DNA of 64,000 nucleotides from an uncultured Chloroflexia bacterium (GTDB lineage: Bacteria; Chloroflexota; Limnocylindria; Limnocylindrales; CSP1-4): the NCBI GenBank assembly GCA_963752475.1, contig CAVVYR010000006.1:608001-672000 (forward strand), read 5' to 3'. The notes under the pieces were generated by a model that saw only the letters and a program-made list of their open reading frames with translations, had not been told where the DNA came from and made no database searches. Below are positions 33,867-43,588 of this stretch, piece by piece; the stretch's first letter is position 1; each line of letters opens with the position of its first letter. A program made the position numbers and the translations under genes.

Positions 33867-34217
33867 CTACGGTCTGGGATCGAGCCGGAAGGCCGGACCG
33901 GCACCAAGGCGCTCGGCCGGGGTGCCGTACTTGAGGATCAACTCACGGACGGTGGCAGCTCGTTGGGTGACATCGAGTTCACTCGCGGTGTAGCGCCTCC
34001 GCGTGCTTTCGAGCTCGACGATGCATGCCGGCTTCGCCCGCAGGTTCAGGGCCCATCCGGTCGTCGCGGATGACGCGGCCACGAGCAACGAGCCGGTGCC
34101 ATCGACCACGAAGCCGATGGTCACGACCCGCGGCAACCCGCTCCGACGCCCGGTCGTCTGGAGCCGGATGACCTTGTTCCACGCAATGAGGTCGGCCTCC
34201 ATCGAGCGCTGGTTCAC
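33867..34217 (-). CDS. Nitroreductase family deazaflavin (F420)-dependent oxidoreductase
   Basis: LQTTGRRSGLPR and WALNLRAKP motifs. Confidence 0.85.
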   Translation of the reverse strand: MNQRSMEADLIAWNKVIRLQTTGRRSGLPRVVTIGFVVDGTGSLLVAASSATTGWALNLRAKPACIVELESTRRRYTASELDVTQRAATVRELILKYGTPAERLGAGPAFRLDPRP

Positions 34218-34708
34218 GCCATATGGTCCGGGTCGAGTGCGCTCGTGAGGCGTTGGCGTAGCACGTCGCGGTCGAGCCGAGCCCGTTGCTGTCGCGCCGT
34301 GGGGGCGATGCCCTCGAGCCGGGTGACCGCATCGTCATGAGCGTCAGCGAGCGCGTCGAGCTCACGCTGCAGGCGCTGGCTGGCTGCGGCAGGGGAACGC
34401 GAGGCACGCACGAGCAAACCCTCGATGGCCTCGAGGCGCTGGCGGACCTCCTTGTCCGTCTCGACCCACGGTGGCGCCGCCCCGGCATTGCGCAGGACGC
34501 GGTTGGCTGCGGCCATGTCACCGGCGTAGGTCTCGTCGTCGGGTCGCAGTGGCCGCCCGTGGTCGGGCAGGTCGTCGAACGCGCCTTCCTCCTGGGCCTC
34601 GCGGATGAGCCGCTCGGTCAACGTCTCCCAGCGAGGAGCCGTGCGTTCCTTACCCGTGGCATCGCGTCGGATGAGCGGCCGATCGCCTGGTCGTTGCTGC
34701 TGGCTCAC
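34214..34708 (-). CDS. DUF1992 (DnaJC28 conserved domain) protein
   Basis: IREAQEEGAFDDLP..GRPL..RVLRNAG..PPWVE motif. Confidence 0.88.
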   Translation of the reverse strand: MSQQQRPGDRPLIRRDATGKERTAPRWETLTERLIREAQEEGAFDDLPDHGRPLRPDDETYAGDMAAANRVLRNAGAAPPWVETDKEVRQRLEAIEGLLVRASRSPAAASQRLQRELDALADAHDDAVTRLEGIAPTARQQRARLDRDVLRQRLTSALDPDHMA

Positions 34709-34737
34709 GTGCTCATGCTCGCACGGAGCCGCGAGGG

Positions 34738-34971
34738 CTAGTGCGGGCGGGGGGCCGGCTGCGCTTCGCGCGTGAGGCGCAGCTTGCGATGCAGCCCGCA
34801 GACCGGGCAGGTCGCGTTCCTGCCGTCGTCATCAGGGACGAGGAAGGTGGTGCAGCCGTTGGTGCTGCAGAACAGCCGATGGCTGGCCGCTCGGCGAAGC
34901 CGGCGCTGAGCGTGGCTCCGCCGGCTGATGGCAGCGTTGGTGGGTGGGCTTCGGTGAAGCATCAGGTTCAT
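34738..34971 (-). CDS. Small basic zinc-finger protein
   Basis: CSTNGC..CPVCG; Arg-rich; start uncertain (34971 or 35010). Confidence 0.6.
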   Translation of the reverse strand: MNLMLHRSPPTNAAISRRSHAQRRLRRAASHRLFCSTNGCTTFLVPDDDGRNATCPVCGLHRKLRLTREAQPAPRPH

Positions 34972-35200
34972 CCTTTCGCCGGCGGCGCGACCATCGAAGG
35001 GTGCGCTCAAGCCGACCGTGGTGTCGGTGTACCGCTCGACGCATCCCGTTCGGGGAGCGGTGGTTCATCAGAGGCTCGCGTCTCGCGGGAGCACACCGGA
35101 GGTTCCGGTGCTCGACCGCGCGCGGGTCGGGGATGCCCATGCATTGTAGCGCATCCGTTCGAATAGCCTCTCCGCCGATGGTAGGGGGTACCCTGCAGCC

Positions 35201-35785
35201 ATGACAGCCACGCCCCCCGACGCGCTTCCCTACACCGGCGACCCCGAGGCCGACGCCCTGCTTGCCGTCGATCCCATGGCCCTGCTCATCGGCTTCGTGC
35301 TCGACCAACAGGTCACCGTGCAGAAGGCCTTCAGCGGCCCACTCGAACTGCGCCGCCGGGTGGGCACGCTCGACGCGGCCGAACTCGCGGCCATGGACCC
35401 CGGTGACTTCGAGGCCGCCTTCCGCGAGCGCCCCGCGCTCCATCGCTTCCCCGGCAACATGGCCAAGCGAACGCAAGCCTTGTGCACCGCGGTGGCCGAA
35501 CGCTATGGCGATGATCCTGCCGCGCTCTGGCACGACGCGGCCGACGGCCCCGACCTCGAGCAGCGGCTGCTGGCGCTTCCGGGCATCGGCGAGATGAAGG
35601 CCAAGGCCATGCTGGCGATCCTGCACAAGCGTTTCGGACTGGAGCTCGACGGGCTCGAGTCGGTCCTGCCGACGTACCCGACGTTGGGCGACGTGGACTC
35701 GGCCGAAGCGCTCGCCGAGTACCAGGAGAAGAAGCGCGCCTACAAGGCCAAGCTCAAGGCCGAGGGCGGCAGCTTCCAGCCGTAG
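35201..35785 (+). CDS. HhH-GPD-type base excision repair protein
   Basis: LLIGFVLDQQ, PALHRFPGNMA and LPGIGEMKA helix-hairpin-helix. Confidence 0.9.
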   Translation: MTATPPDALPYTGDPEADALLAVDPMALLIGFVLDQQVTVQKAFSGPLELRRRVGTLDAAELAAMDPGDFEAAFRERPALHRFPGNMAKRTQALCTAVAERYGDDPAALWHDAADGPDLEQRLLALPGIGEMKAKAMLAILHKRFGLELDGLESVLPTYPTLGDVDSAEALAEYQEKKRAYKAKLKAEGGSFQP

Positions 35786-35884
35786 CGCTCCGGCTGGCAA
35801 CCCCTAGCCTCACGCTGCATCTTTCTTCGAACGGTCACGCCCCTGGAGATCAGCGCGCGTGAGACCAAGTCTCACGAATCGGGC

Positions 35885-35913
35885 TTCACATCTGACCGCC
35901 ACAGGCGTAGATT
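35885..35913 (+). promoter_or_regulatory. Putative sigma70 promoter
   Basis: TTCACA-N17-TAGATT. Confidence 0.65.
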
Positions 35914-35919
35914 CGTACC

Positions 35920-36099
35920 AGGAGGTACTCGGTTCGAATGGTCGATCTCCGCAACCGGCAGGTCCGGAAGACTCGGAGCCCCAGGGCCACTGAGTGGTCG
36001 TGGGCGCTGCTGCAGACCGCGGATGGATCGCACGGCATGAGCAACCTCGTCACCCAGCCCCGAGCGGGCAACATCTCATCTGACACCCGAGCCGGCTGA
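35920..36099 (+). ncRNA. Orphan transcript: 6S-like RNA candidate or 53-aa small ORF (35938-36099)
   Basis: Downstream of the promoter; 5'/3' complementarity CTCGG..GAATG with CATCTGA..CCGAG; internal hairpin; open 53-codon frame. Confidence 0.4.
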
Positions 36100-36201
36100 T
36101 TCGCGCGGTCGGGGTCGTGAGCGCATGCGCGCCGGCCGCCGAACGCGTGCACCCAGACCGCGTCGGACCCGCGCCCAGTGCGTGGGTCTCGTGATTCGCG
36201 A

Positions 36202-37065
36202 TCAGGCTCCGGCAGCCTTCCGCAGCCCGTCCTGCAACGCCCGGGCGACCTCTCCTGGGCGGCCCGTCCCCACGGCCACATCGTCGAGCCGGACGATCGG
36301 CATCAGCTCACGCACGGAGGACGAGCTGAAGACCTCCTCGGCCGCGGCCAAGTCGCCAAGTGGGTACCAGCCCTCCAGGACCTCGTAGCCCTGCTCCCGC
36401 GCGATGTCGATGAGGTAGGCGCGCGTGACGCCGGCAAGGATGCCCAGGTCGAGCGCGGGAGTGTAGAGGCTTCGGTCGGTGCGCCACCAGACGTTGGTCA
36501 CCGGGCCTTCGAGCACGGAGCCGTCAGCGGCGATGAAGACGGCATCTTCGGCCCCGCGTCTCCGTGCCTCGTCGAAGGCGGCCATGTTCACCGCATAGGA
36601 GGTCGACTTCACGCCGTCGAGCAGCCATGGCGCATCCTTGCGCAGGCGCGGGTCGGTGCCCAACTGGAGCGAGACGGCGGCGATGCCTCTCGCGCGCTTG
36701 TCTTCAAGATCGCCGGGGATGGGCAGGACCACCGCCATCGACACGGGCTCGCCGCCCGCTCGACCGCCGGTCATGGTGAGGCGCAACGAGCAATCGGGCG
36801 CAGCGGCGGCCTCGAGCACCGTCCGGGCCAGGTCGGCCAACCCGTCGGCATCGGGCGCGGGTAGCTGCATCCGCGCAGCGGACGCGCGCAGCCGCTCGAG
36901 ATGCTCCTCCATGGCGAATGGGCGACCGCCGTAGACGCGCAGTGTCTCGAATGCCGCCAAACCTCGGAGCAGTCCGGCATCATCAGCGTGGATGACGGGG
37001 ACGTCGGGGTCGACGACACCACGTCCCAGGACGCCGACCGCGAGCGGGTGAGCGTCGGGTTTCAC
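36202..37065 (-). CDS. Class IV aminotransferase (PabC/IlvE-like)
   Basis: FETLR, HLERL, VKSTSYA, EGPVTN and ILAGVTR motifs; next to a pabB-like gene. Confidence 0.9.
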   Translation of the reverse strand: MKPDAHPLAVGVLGRGVVDPDVPVIHADDAGLLRGLAAFETLRVYGGRPFAMEEHLERLRASAARMQLPAPDADGLADLARTVLEAAAAPDCSLRLTMTGGRAGGEPVSMAVVLPIPGDLEDKRARGIAAVSLQLGTDPRLRKDAPWLLDGVKSTSYAVNMAAFDEARRRGAEDAVFIAADGSVLEGPVTNVWWRTDRSLYTPALDLGILAGVTRAYLIDIAREQGYEVLEGWYPLGDLAAAEEVFSSSSVRELMPIVRLDDVAVGTGRPGEVARALQDGLRKAAGA

Positions 37066-38141
37066 GCCGCCACCTTCGGATGCGAGGCCGCACCGATGGC
37101 GTCGAGCAGCGGACGCGCCTTGACCCACGATTCCTCGACCTCGGCCTCGGGCTCCGAGTCCCATACGACGCCGCCACCGACCCACAGGTGGATGCGGTCG
37201 CCGACGATCGCGAAGGTGCGGATGGTCAGCGCCAGCTCGAAGTCGCCGTTGGGCCAGACGGTCCCGAGGGCGCCCATCGAGGCTCCGCGGCCGACCGGCT
37301 CGAGGGCGTTGATGTGATCGAGCGCAGCGATCTTGGGTGCGCCGGTGACCGAGCCGCCCGGGAACATCGCGCGCATGGCCTCGGCGAACCCGATGCCGTC
37401 TCGAGCGGTGCCCTCGACGAGCGAGACGAGGTGTTCCACACCAGCCATCGGTCGCGCGCGCATGAGCTCCGGCCAGACCACGCTGCCAGGTTCGCAGATG
37501 CGTCCCAGGTCGTTGCGTTCGAGGTCTACGATCATCACGTGCTCGGCTGCGTCCTTGGCCGAGTCCTGCAGCGCTGCCGCGCCACCGGCCGGCCTCGTGC
37601 CCTTGATGGGCATCGTCCAGAGCCGACGTCCGTGGCGCGCGAGGAAGAGCTCGGGTGTGGCCGACACGATGCTCCAGCCGTCACCACTCAGCGGCTGCGG
37701 ATGAAGAGGAGCGAAGGGACCGAGTGCCGCGGCCAGGCCAGCGGGATCGCCGTCGAAGGCCGCCGAGAGATGCTGGACCAGGTTGACCTGGTAGACCTCA
37801 CCTTGGGCGATGGCCTCGCGTGCGAACCCCACGGCGTGCGCGTAATCGGCGGTCGTCCAGGTCGAGTCCCAGGCGCCGATGCTGAAGGCACCTACAGCCG
37901 CCGCTCGCTCAGCGACCCGGCGCAGGCGACAGGCCGCCAGGGGCAGATCGGCCGGCTCGGGGCGTGCCGCCCGCTCGCTCCGGCGCAGGGGTTCGGACAG
38001 GCCGTAGCCGAGGTAGACATCGGCGCACACGTCCTGCGGCGGCCGGTCAGCGAAGAAGCCGGCTCCTCGCAGATGCTCCTCGATGGCCTCGAACGCACCC
38101 GTGGTCGCTCGGACCTCGAAGGTCGGCTGGTCGGCTACCAC
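37062..38141 (-). CDS. Chorismate-binding enzyme (PabB/anthranilate synthase component I family)
   Basis: YQVNL, PIKGT, EHVMIVDLERNDLG and FPGGSVTGAPK motifs. Confidence 0.92.
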   Translation of the reverse strand: MVADQPTFEVRATTGAFEAIEEHLRGAGFFADRPPQDVCADVYLGYGLSEPLRRSERAARPEPADLPLAACRLRRVAERAAAVGAFSIGAWDSTWTTADYAHAVGFAREAIAQGEVYQVNLVQHLSAAFDGDPAGLAAALGPFAPLHPQPLSGDGWSIVSATPELFLARHGRRLWTMPIKGTRPAGGAAALQDSAKDAAEHVMIVDLERNDLGRICEPGSVVWPELMRARPMAGVEHLVSLVEGTARDGIGFAEAMRAMFPGGSVTGAPKIAALDHINALEPVGRGASMGALGTVWPNGDFELALTIRTFAIVGDRIHLWVGGGVVWDSEPEAEVEESWVKARPLLDAIGAASHPKVAA

Positions 38142-38419
38142 GGATCGGGGTTGGGCTCGCCGCGCGGCGGATGGAAGCTGATGATGACGCGGCCGGGCTT
38201 CAAGAACGGTTCATCGGTGACGAGGTCGAACTGACCCGGGTACTCCTTGCGCAGCGCGTTGCGCAGGTCGGGCAACGTCCGTTCCAGCAGCGCCACGTCA
38301 GCCACGGTCCTGGCGAAGCCATCGAGGTCCGGTGCGGGGCGGAAGCGCGCACGCACGAAGATGGCCTCGAAGCCGTCAGCCTGCCAGGCGATGCGGATGG
38401 AGCCGTCCTGCTGGAGCAT
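38135..38419 (-). CDS. Hypothetical protein
   Basis: 94-aa ORF with typical codon bias, overlapping the pabB-like start. Confidence 0.6.
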   Translation of the reverse strand: MLQQDGSIRIAWQADGFEAIFVRARFRPAPDLDGFARTVADVALLERTLPDLRNALRKEYPGQFDLVTDEPFLKPGRVIISFHPPRGEPNPDPW

Positions 38420-38498
38420 CGGCTCATGGTAGGGGCAACGCCGTCTCTCCACCGGCACGGAGCCGGTGCCGGTTCCGGGTGCCGACTATGCTGGGGCC

Positions 38499-38903
38499 AT
38501 GTTCGATGAACGCCCTGACATCCAGGAACGACTGGAAGGCGAGCTCGTCGCCTGGATGACGACGGTCGATACGGCCGGCCAACCCCAGACCTCGCCGGTG
38601 TGGTTCCTCATCGAGGACGAGGACATCGTCATCTACTCGCTCGATGGCACGCCGCGCACGCGCAACATCCGCGCCAACCCCAAGGTCTGCCTCAACCTCA
38701 ACAGCACGCCCGCGGGCGGCGAGGTCGTGATCATCGAGGGCACGGCCCTGATCGTGAGCGACGGACCGCCGGCGAACGAGGACGAGCGCTACGTGAGCAA
38801 GTACGAGGGTCCCATGGAGGACCTGGGAATGACGCCCGAGTCATTCGCCGCCGACTACCCCGTGCGCATCCACGTGCAGCCGACGCGCCTGCGAGCGTCA
38901 TGA
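38499..38903 (+). CDS. PPOX-class probable F420-dependent oxidoreductase
   Basis: AWMTTV..GQPQTSPVWF..RNIRANPKV motif. Confidence 0.88.
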   Translation: MFDERPDIQERLEGELVAWMTTVDTAGQPQTSPVWFLIEDEDIVIYSLDGTPRTRNIRANPKVCLNLNSTPAGGEVVIIEGTALIVSDGPPANEDERYVSKYEGPMEDLGMTPESFAADYPVRIHVQPTRLRAS

Positions 38904-39316
38904 CCGAGCGGCCGCCCAGCGGTGGCCGACTGACGGTCCTCTACGACGCGCGGTGCCGGGTGTGCACGCGCATCGCCGGCCGCTTCGCCGGCCTCGATGG
39001 GGACGCACGGCTCAGGATCCGGCCGCTGCAGTGGGCAGACCGCGACGAATGGGAGAGCGTGCGCCGCCTGCGCGCGGACCGCGACCTGCGCCTGGAGCTC
39101 CATGTCATCGACGAGGACGGCGAGTGGGCCGCGGGAGGGGAGGCCATGGTGCGCGTGCTCGAGCGCCTGCCGGCATTCGGGCCCGTCGCCGTCGTGCTCC
39201 GTCTGCCGCTGGTGCGGGAAGCGATCGAGCCCGGCTACCGCTGGTTCGCGGGCAACCGGGCTCGGTTCGCATTCATGGCGGGTTCGTTCAGGAACCGCTC
39301 ATTCGGCTCCTCGTAG
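38900..39316 (+). CDS. DUF393/DCC family thiol-disulfide oxidoreductase
   Basis: VLYDARCRVC and YRWFAGNR motifs; ATGA overlap with upstream gene. Confidence 0.88.
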   Translation: MTERPPSGGRLTVLYDARCRVCTRIAGRFAGLDGDARLRIRPLQWADRDEWESVRRLRADRDLRLELHVIDEDGEWAAGGEAMVRVLERLPAFGPVAVVLRLPLVREAIEPGYRWFAGNRARFAFMAGSFRNRSFGSS

Positions 39317-40552
39317 CGCATCGGTCGGGCTGAGCCGGGCCGCGCGCATGGCCGGGTAGAAGCCGGCGAGCGCGCCGATGGCCACCGCGGCGCAGATGCC
39401 ACCGACCACGGCCACGGCCGGGATGATGGGCATCCACTCCTGCGAGAGCGCGTAGGCCACGGCCAACCCGGCACCGAGCAGCACGCCCAGCACTCCACCG
39501 ACGAGGGCGAGTGCCAGCGCCTCGCTGACGAACTGGAGGGCGATGTGGCGTCGGGTCGCGCCGAGGGCACGGCGCAGGCCGATCTCACCGCGTCGCTCCA
39601 TGACCGACATCAGCATCACGTTGGCGATACCGAAGCCACCGACGATGAGGGCCACGGCCCCGAGGCCGAGGAAGAGGTCGGTGAAGGCCACGGCTGCGGC
39701 GGCCTTGGCCTCGAGCACGTCGGAGGGTCGGGTGACCTCGACCTCGCTGGCGTCCTCGGGGTTGGCCGTCCGGCCGAGCACGGCCCGCACGTCCTCGATG
39801 TACTCGACATCGCTGCGCACGTAGATCGTCGAAGGGCTGCCGTCGAATTCGTATCGCTGTTCCGCGAGCGGGATGCCCACGAAGGCCGACGAATCGAGCT
39901 CGCTGGCCAGCTCCACGGGCTCGAGGATGCCGATGACCGTGAACCACTGGTCGTCCATCCACACGCGCACGCCGGGCTCGGTGATGCCGAGCCGCCGGGC
40001 GGCGGTGGTGCCAAGGACGGTCGTGGGCAGGGTCGAGGAGGCTTCATCGAGCCATCTGCCGACGGCGACATCAGCGCGCAGGGTCTCGAGCAGGTCGAGG
40101 TCAGAGGCCGTCACGGCGATGCCGCCGGTGCGGCCCTCGTCGATGTAGTCGGTCCGACGCACGGTGGCGTCGACGGTGGCCACGCTCGAGGCGGACTCGA
40201 CCGGACCGACGCGCTCGATCATCGAACGCGCCTCCGAGGTCAGCTCGGCGTCACCACCGAAGAGCGTCTGGCCGGCGGTGACACGGAGCATGTTCGTGCC
40301 CAGGCGGTCGAGCTGGCTGAGCAGATCGGAGCGGCTGGACTCGGAGATGACGAGCACGCCCACCATGGCTGCGATGCCGATAGCGATGCCGATCATGGTC
40401 AGCGCCGAGCGGACCCGGCTGGCCTTCAGGCCGATGGCACCGAGACTGACGAGATCCGACGGGTGAAGTCTGCTGTTCCTGGGCTTCCGAGGCTTGACCT
40501 CGGCCTGGGGCGGCTTGGCCTGGCCCTGCATGGGCTTGGCGACTGCGCTCAT
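39299..40552 (-). CDS. ABC transporter permease, MacB/FtsX type
   Basis: [29 protein letters not shown] and [10 protein letters not shown] motifs. Confidence 0.93.
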   Translation of the reverse strand: MSAVAKPMQGQAKPPQAEVKPRKPRNSRLHPSDLVSLGAIGLKASRVRSALTMIGIAIGIAAMVGVLVISESSRSDLLSQLDRLGTNMLRVTAGQTLFGGDAELTSEARSMIERVGPVESASSVATVDATVRRTDYIDEGRTGGIAVTASDLDLLETLRADVAVGRWLDEASSTLPTTVLGTTAARRLGITEPGVRVWMDDQWFTVIGILEPVELASELDSSAFVGIPLAEQRYEFDGSPSTIYVRSDVEYIEDVRAVLGRTANPEDASEVEVTRPSDVLEAKAAAAVAFTDLFLGLGAVALIVGGFGIANVMLMSVMERRGEIGLRRALGATRRHIALQFVSEALALALVGGVLGVLLGAGLAVAYALSQEWMPIIPAVAVVGGICAAVAIGALAGFYPAMRAARLSPTDALRGAE

Positions 40553-41775
40553 GCCGCGGCAACCGTGGCGCTGTCGCGGACCATGCGGCCGTCGAGGATC
40601 TCGAGCCGGCGAGGCATGCGTGCCGCGACCGAGTGGTCATGGGTGATGACCACGATGGTCGTACCGTCCTGGCGGTTGAGCTCATCGAGCAGATCGAGGA
40701 TGACCGCCCCGGTCTTGCTGTCGAGGTTGCCCGTGGGCTCGTCCGCCAGCACCACGCTGGGCCGACCAACGATGGCGCGGGCGATAGCCACGCGCTGACG
40801 CTCGCCGCCAGAGAGCTTGCCGGGCCTGTGGTCGGCACGATGCGAGAGGTTCACCCGCTCCAGGGCCTCGGCTGCCAGCCTGCGTCGCTCCGCCGGGCCG
40901 ACGCCACGGTAGAGCAACCCGTTAGCCACGTTGTCCTGGGCGGTCATGCCTGCGAGCAGGAAGAACTGCTGGAAGATGAAACCGACGTGCTGACTGCGCA
41001 GGCCGGAGAGATCCTTGTCGCTGAGCTCGTTGATGTCGAAGCCGGCGACCTTGACGATACCGCTGGTGGGCTTGTCGAGCGTGCCCAGCACGTGGAGCAG
41101 GGTGGACTTGCCGGAGCCCGAGGGGCCGACGATGGCTACGAGTTCACCCTGGCGCACGCGCAGGTTCACGCCCCGTAGCGCCTCCACGGGCGGATCGCCG
41201 GGATACGTGCGCGCTGCCTCCTGGAGGTCGAGTACGACCGGACCGAGGGGCGGCCGCGCAAGCGGTGGGCGCATACTCGGCAACGTTGGCTGTGGACCGC
41301 TCGCACCGGGCCGCATCGACGACGGGCGCGGCGCCAGGCGGGGCCTCTGCGAGTTCGACGAAGTGCTGGGTGGAGATGCGCTCGGACTCGGCGCGCTCCG
41401 TGCCCGAGCCGGTGGCTTCGGTGCGCCGGGCGCACGCCGTGTCGGCGTCTGGCGGGGAGCGGCGGCACCCGGAGGTGGCGTCATCGCCGCTGGCCTGATC
41501 TCCGGCACGATCGGCGTCGGGTTCGGACGCTGGGGGGACGAAGCCCCGGACGGACCGAATGCTCGAGCGGTCGGCGGTCGCCCGGATCCTCGCGCCATCG
41601 GTGGCTGTGGCGCGACCACCGTCGGATCAGGGTCGGCGGACTCGCCGACGTTGTCGGTGAGCCACTCCTCGATCTCAGCGTCGAGCGGCGTCTCCACGGG
41701 GCCCATCGACGCGGCTGGGGGCGGCGCCCATGGGCGTGCGGGCTGCGCCGGCGGCGGGTCCTGCCTAGACGTCAT
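40549..41775 (-). CDS. ABC transporter ATP-binding protein with Pro-rich N-terminal extension
   Basis: [17 protein letters not shown] and ADEPTGNLD motifs; ATGA overlaps on both sides. Confidence 0.92.
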   Translation of the reverse strand: MTSRQDPPPAQPARPWAPPPAASMGPVETPLDAEIEEWLTDNVGESADPDPTVVAPQPPMARGSGRPPTARAFGPSGASSPQRPNPTPIVPEIRPAAMTPPPGAAAPRQTPTRRAPGAPKPPARARSAPSPSASPPSTSSNSQRPRLAPRPSSMRPGASGPQPTLPSMRPPLARPPLGPVVLDLQEAARTYPGDPPVEALRGVNLRVRQGELVAIVGPSGSGKSTLLHVLGTLDKPTSGIVKVAGFDINELSDKDLSGLRSQHVGFIFQQFFLLAGMTAQDNVANGLLYRGVGPAERRRLAAEALERVNLSHRADHRPGKLSGGERQRVAIARAIVGRPSVVLADEPTGNLDSKTGAVILDLLDELNRQDGTTIVVITHDHSVAARMPRRLEILDGRMVRDSATVAAA

Positions 41776-42845
41776 GCGGGTACCACGATGGTGTCGCCGG
41801 CGTCGAAGCTGCCGCTGACCTCCACGCCGGCGTCGTCGAAGAGGCCGACTTCGGCTGCGACCAGATAGGTGCTGCCGTCGTCGGCCACCATCTCGAGCGC
41901 GTAGCCTCCCTCGCGCAAGGCGAGGAGAGCGTCCACCGGAACGGTCAGTACGTCTGGGCGTGACTCGCGCACGACGCTGACGGAGACCTCGGCGCCGTCG
42001 AGATCACCCACGGCAGCGATGTCCTCGAGCTCGATGGTCACTTCCACCGTGGGCTCCGAGGCACCCGAGACCGTTTGGGCAACGCTGGAGATCTCGGTGA
42101 TCGTGCCGGCGGCATCGCTGCCGTCAGGTAGCTCGACGGTGACGGTGTCTCCCTCCCGCAGGATGTCGCGGCGGTCGGCCTCGAGGTCGAGCATGACCAC
42201 CAGGTCGGTGCCGCTGGTATAGGCCAGCACCTGTCCGGCCTGCGAGCGTGAGCCGAGCTCCGGAAGGACCTCCGTGATGCGCACGTCCCCGGGCAGGAAG
42301 GTGACCTCGCCCATCTCGATGCGGCCGTCCTGTTCCTGGTTGGTTCGCTTCTGCCACTGGGTGACGGCGTCCTCGGTCTTGACGCGGAAGTTCCAGTCGG
42401 GCTTGAAGTTCTGGCCCAGGATCTTGGGGAACCCGATCTGCTTGAGGCTGGTCTCGAGCTGCTTGATGTCCGGGCCGTTGTCGCTGTCGATACTCAGCGG
42501 TCGGTAGGCCGGCCGCTTGCCGTACATGAGGTAGCTGGTGTTGGTGCCGTCGACCTCGTAGATCTCGTCGCCCAGCGAGACGATCTCGCCGGCTTCCGGC
42601 AGGTCGGTGTAGGTGCCGTTCATGCCCGAGATGATCACGCCTTCTCCTGCGTAGCCGAGCGTGCCGTCGAACTCCTCGGTGGACTCGATGGTGCGCCGCT
42701 GCACGGTGGCGGTGGAGACCGGCACGATCGGTGTGGCGGCAGCGTTGGCAGCGTCATCCTCGGTGGCGAGGGGCAAGTCGGCGCTGACGAACACAGCGCC
42801 GACCACCAGCACGACGGTGATGGCGAGGACGAGGAGTCGCTGCAT
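41772..42845 (-). CDS. Membrane-fusion/adaptor protein with peptidoglycan-binding-like insert
   Basis: N-terminal TM; [19 protein letters not shown] and VPVDAL motifs. Confidence 0.82.
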   Translation of the reverse strand: MQRLLVLAITVVLVVGAVFVSADLPLATEDDAANAAATPIVPVSTATVQRRTIESTEEFDGTLGYAGEGVIISGMNGTYTDLPEAGEIVSLGDEIYEVDGTNTSYLMYGKRPAYRPLSIDSDNGPDIKQLETSLKQIGFPKILGQNFKPDWNFRVKTEDAVTQWQKRTNQEQDGRIEMGEVTFLPGDVRITEVLPELGSRSQAGQVLAYTSGTDLVVMLDLEADRRDILREGDTVTVELPDGSDAAGTITEISSVAQTVSGASEPTVEVTIELEDIAAVGDLDGAEVSVSVVRESRPDVLTVPVDALLALREGGYALEMVADDGSTYLVAAEVGLFDDAGVEVSGSFDAGDTIVVPA

Positions 42846-42848
42846 GTC

Positions 42849-43487
42849 CTAGTTCCCTCCGTTCACACCGCCGGGGCCGTCGCCGCCACCGAAGCCCGGG
42901 CCATCCTCGAGGCCCATCTCGTCGCGGCACGCGCTGATGGCCTCCTGGAACTCGGGCGATCGACGATCGATGGCCATCTCAGCCATCTCCTGGCCCCGGA
43001 CACGCTCCAGTCGCCCGTCAGAGCCGATGGCAGGGTCAGGGTACTCCTCGAATCCCTGATCCCGGATGCATTGCGCCAGCGCCAACTGTTCCTCCAGACG
43101 CTCCTGTTCCTCCTCGGGGTCGATCTCCGGCCGCGCGGCCTCGAGGATGTGGACGCAGGACTCGTTGGCCGCGATGAACTCCTCCGAGCGTCGGTCGATA
43201 CCGGTGTCGCCGCCGCGGGGTCCGCCGCCGAGGACAGCGCGAGCGCCGCCCACTCCGGCTTGGGGATCGTCGACGTCGATGCCGTTGTCGCGAAGGCACT
43301 GAGCGTAGGCCAGCAGGGCCTCGTCCTGGTCCTCGAACTCGATGACCTCAGCGGCCGCGTCGGGCTCGGGTGTCTCATCGGGGCTCACCAGCGTGGCCAC
43401 CTGCGCCGATGCGCCGACCGTCAGCACCAACGTCAGACCGAAGGCGATGGATGTCGCGCCGAGAGTGCTTCTGGGGAAGAGGTTCAT
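42849..43487 (-). CDS. Secreted protein with two C-x-R-x-x-G-x(3,4)-DP repeats
   Basis: Signal peptide; AQCLRDNGIDVDDP and AQCIRDQGFEEYPDP. Confidence 0.8.
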   Translation of the reverse strand: MNLFPRSTLGATSIAFGLTLVLTVGASAQVATLVSPDETPEPDAAAEVIEFEDQDEALLAYAQCLRDNGIDVDDPQAGVGGARAVLGGGPRGGDTGIDRRSEEFIAANESCVHILEAARPEIDPEEEQERLEEQLALAQCIRDQGFEEYPDPAIGSDGRLERVRGQEMAEMAIDRRSPEFQEAISACRDEMGLEDGPGFGGGDGPGGVNGGN

Positions 43488-43588
43488 GGTTCGATCGCTC
43501 CGTGGACGGCGGTCTGGTCGTGGATGACGAACATGCTCCCGACCGCTAGTCAGGCTCTGATGGCCACGTGTAAGGCCGGTGTAACGGC

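Noticed and set aside
35060-35075. CTGATGA (minus) as a hammerhead core, or TCATCAGAG (plus) as a SAM-I riboswitch start
   Set aside because: No stem II plus GAAA for a hammerhead, and no GCAACC or GUGC..AUUCC elements for SAM-I
35955-35975. CAGGTCCGGAAG as SRP RNA helix 8
   Set aside because: The required following GAAGCAGC is absent
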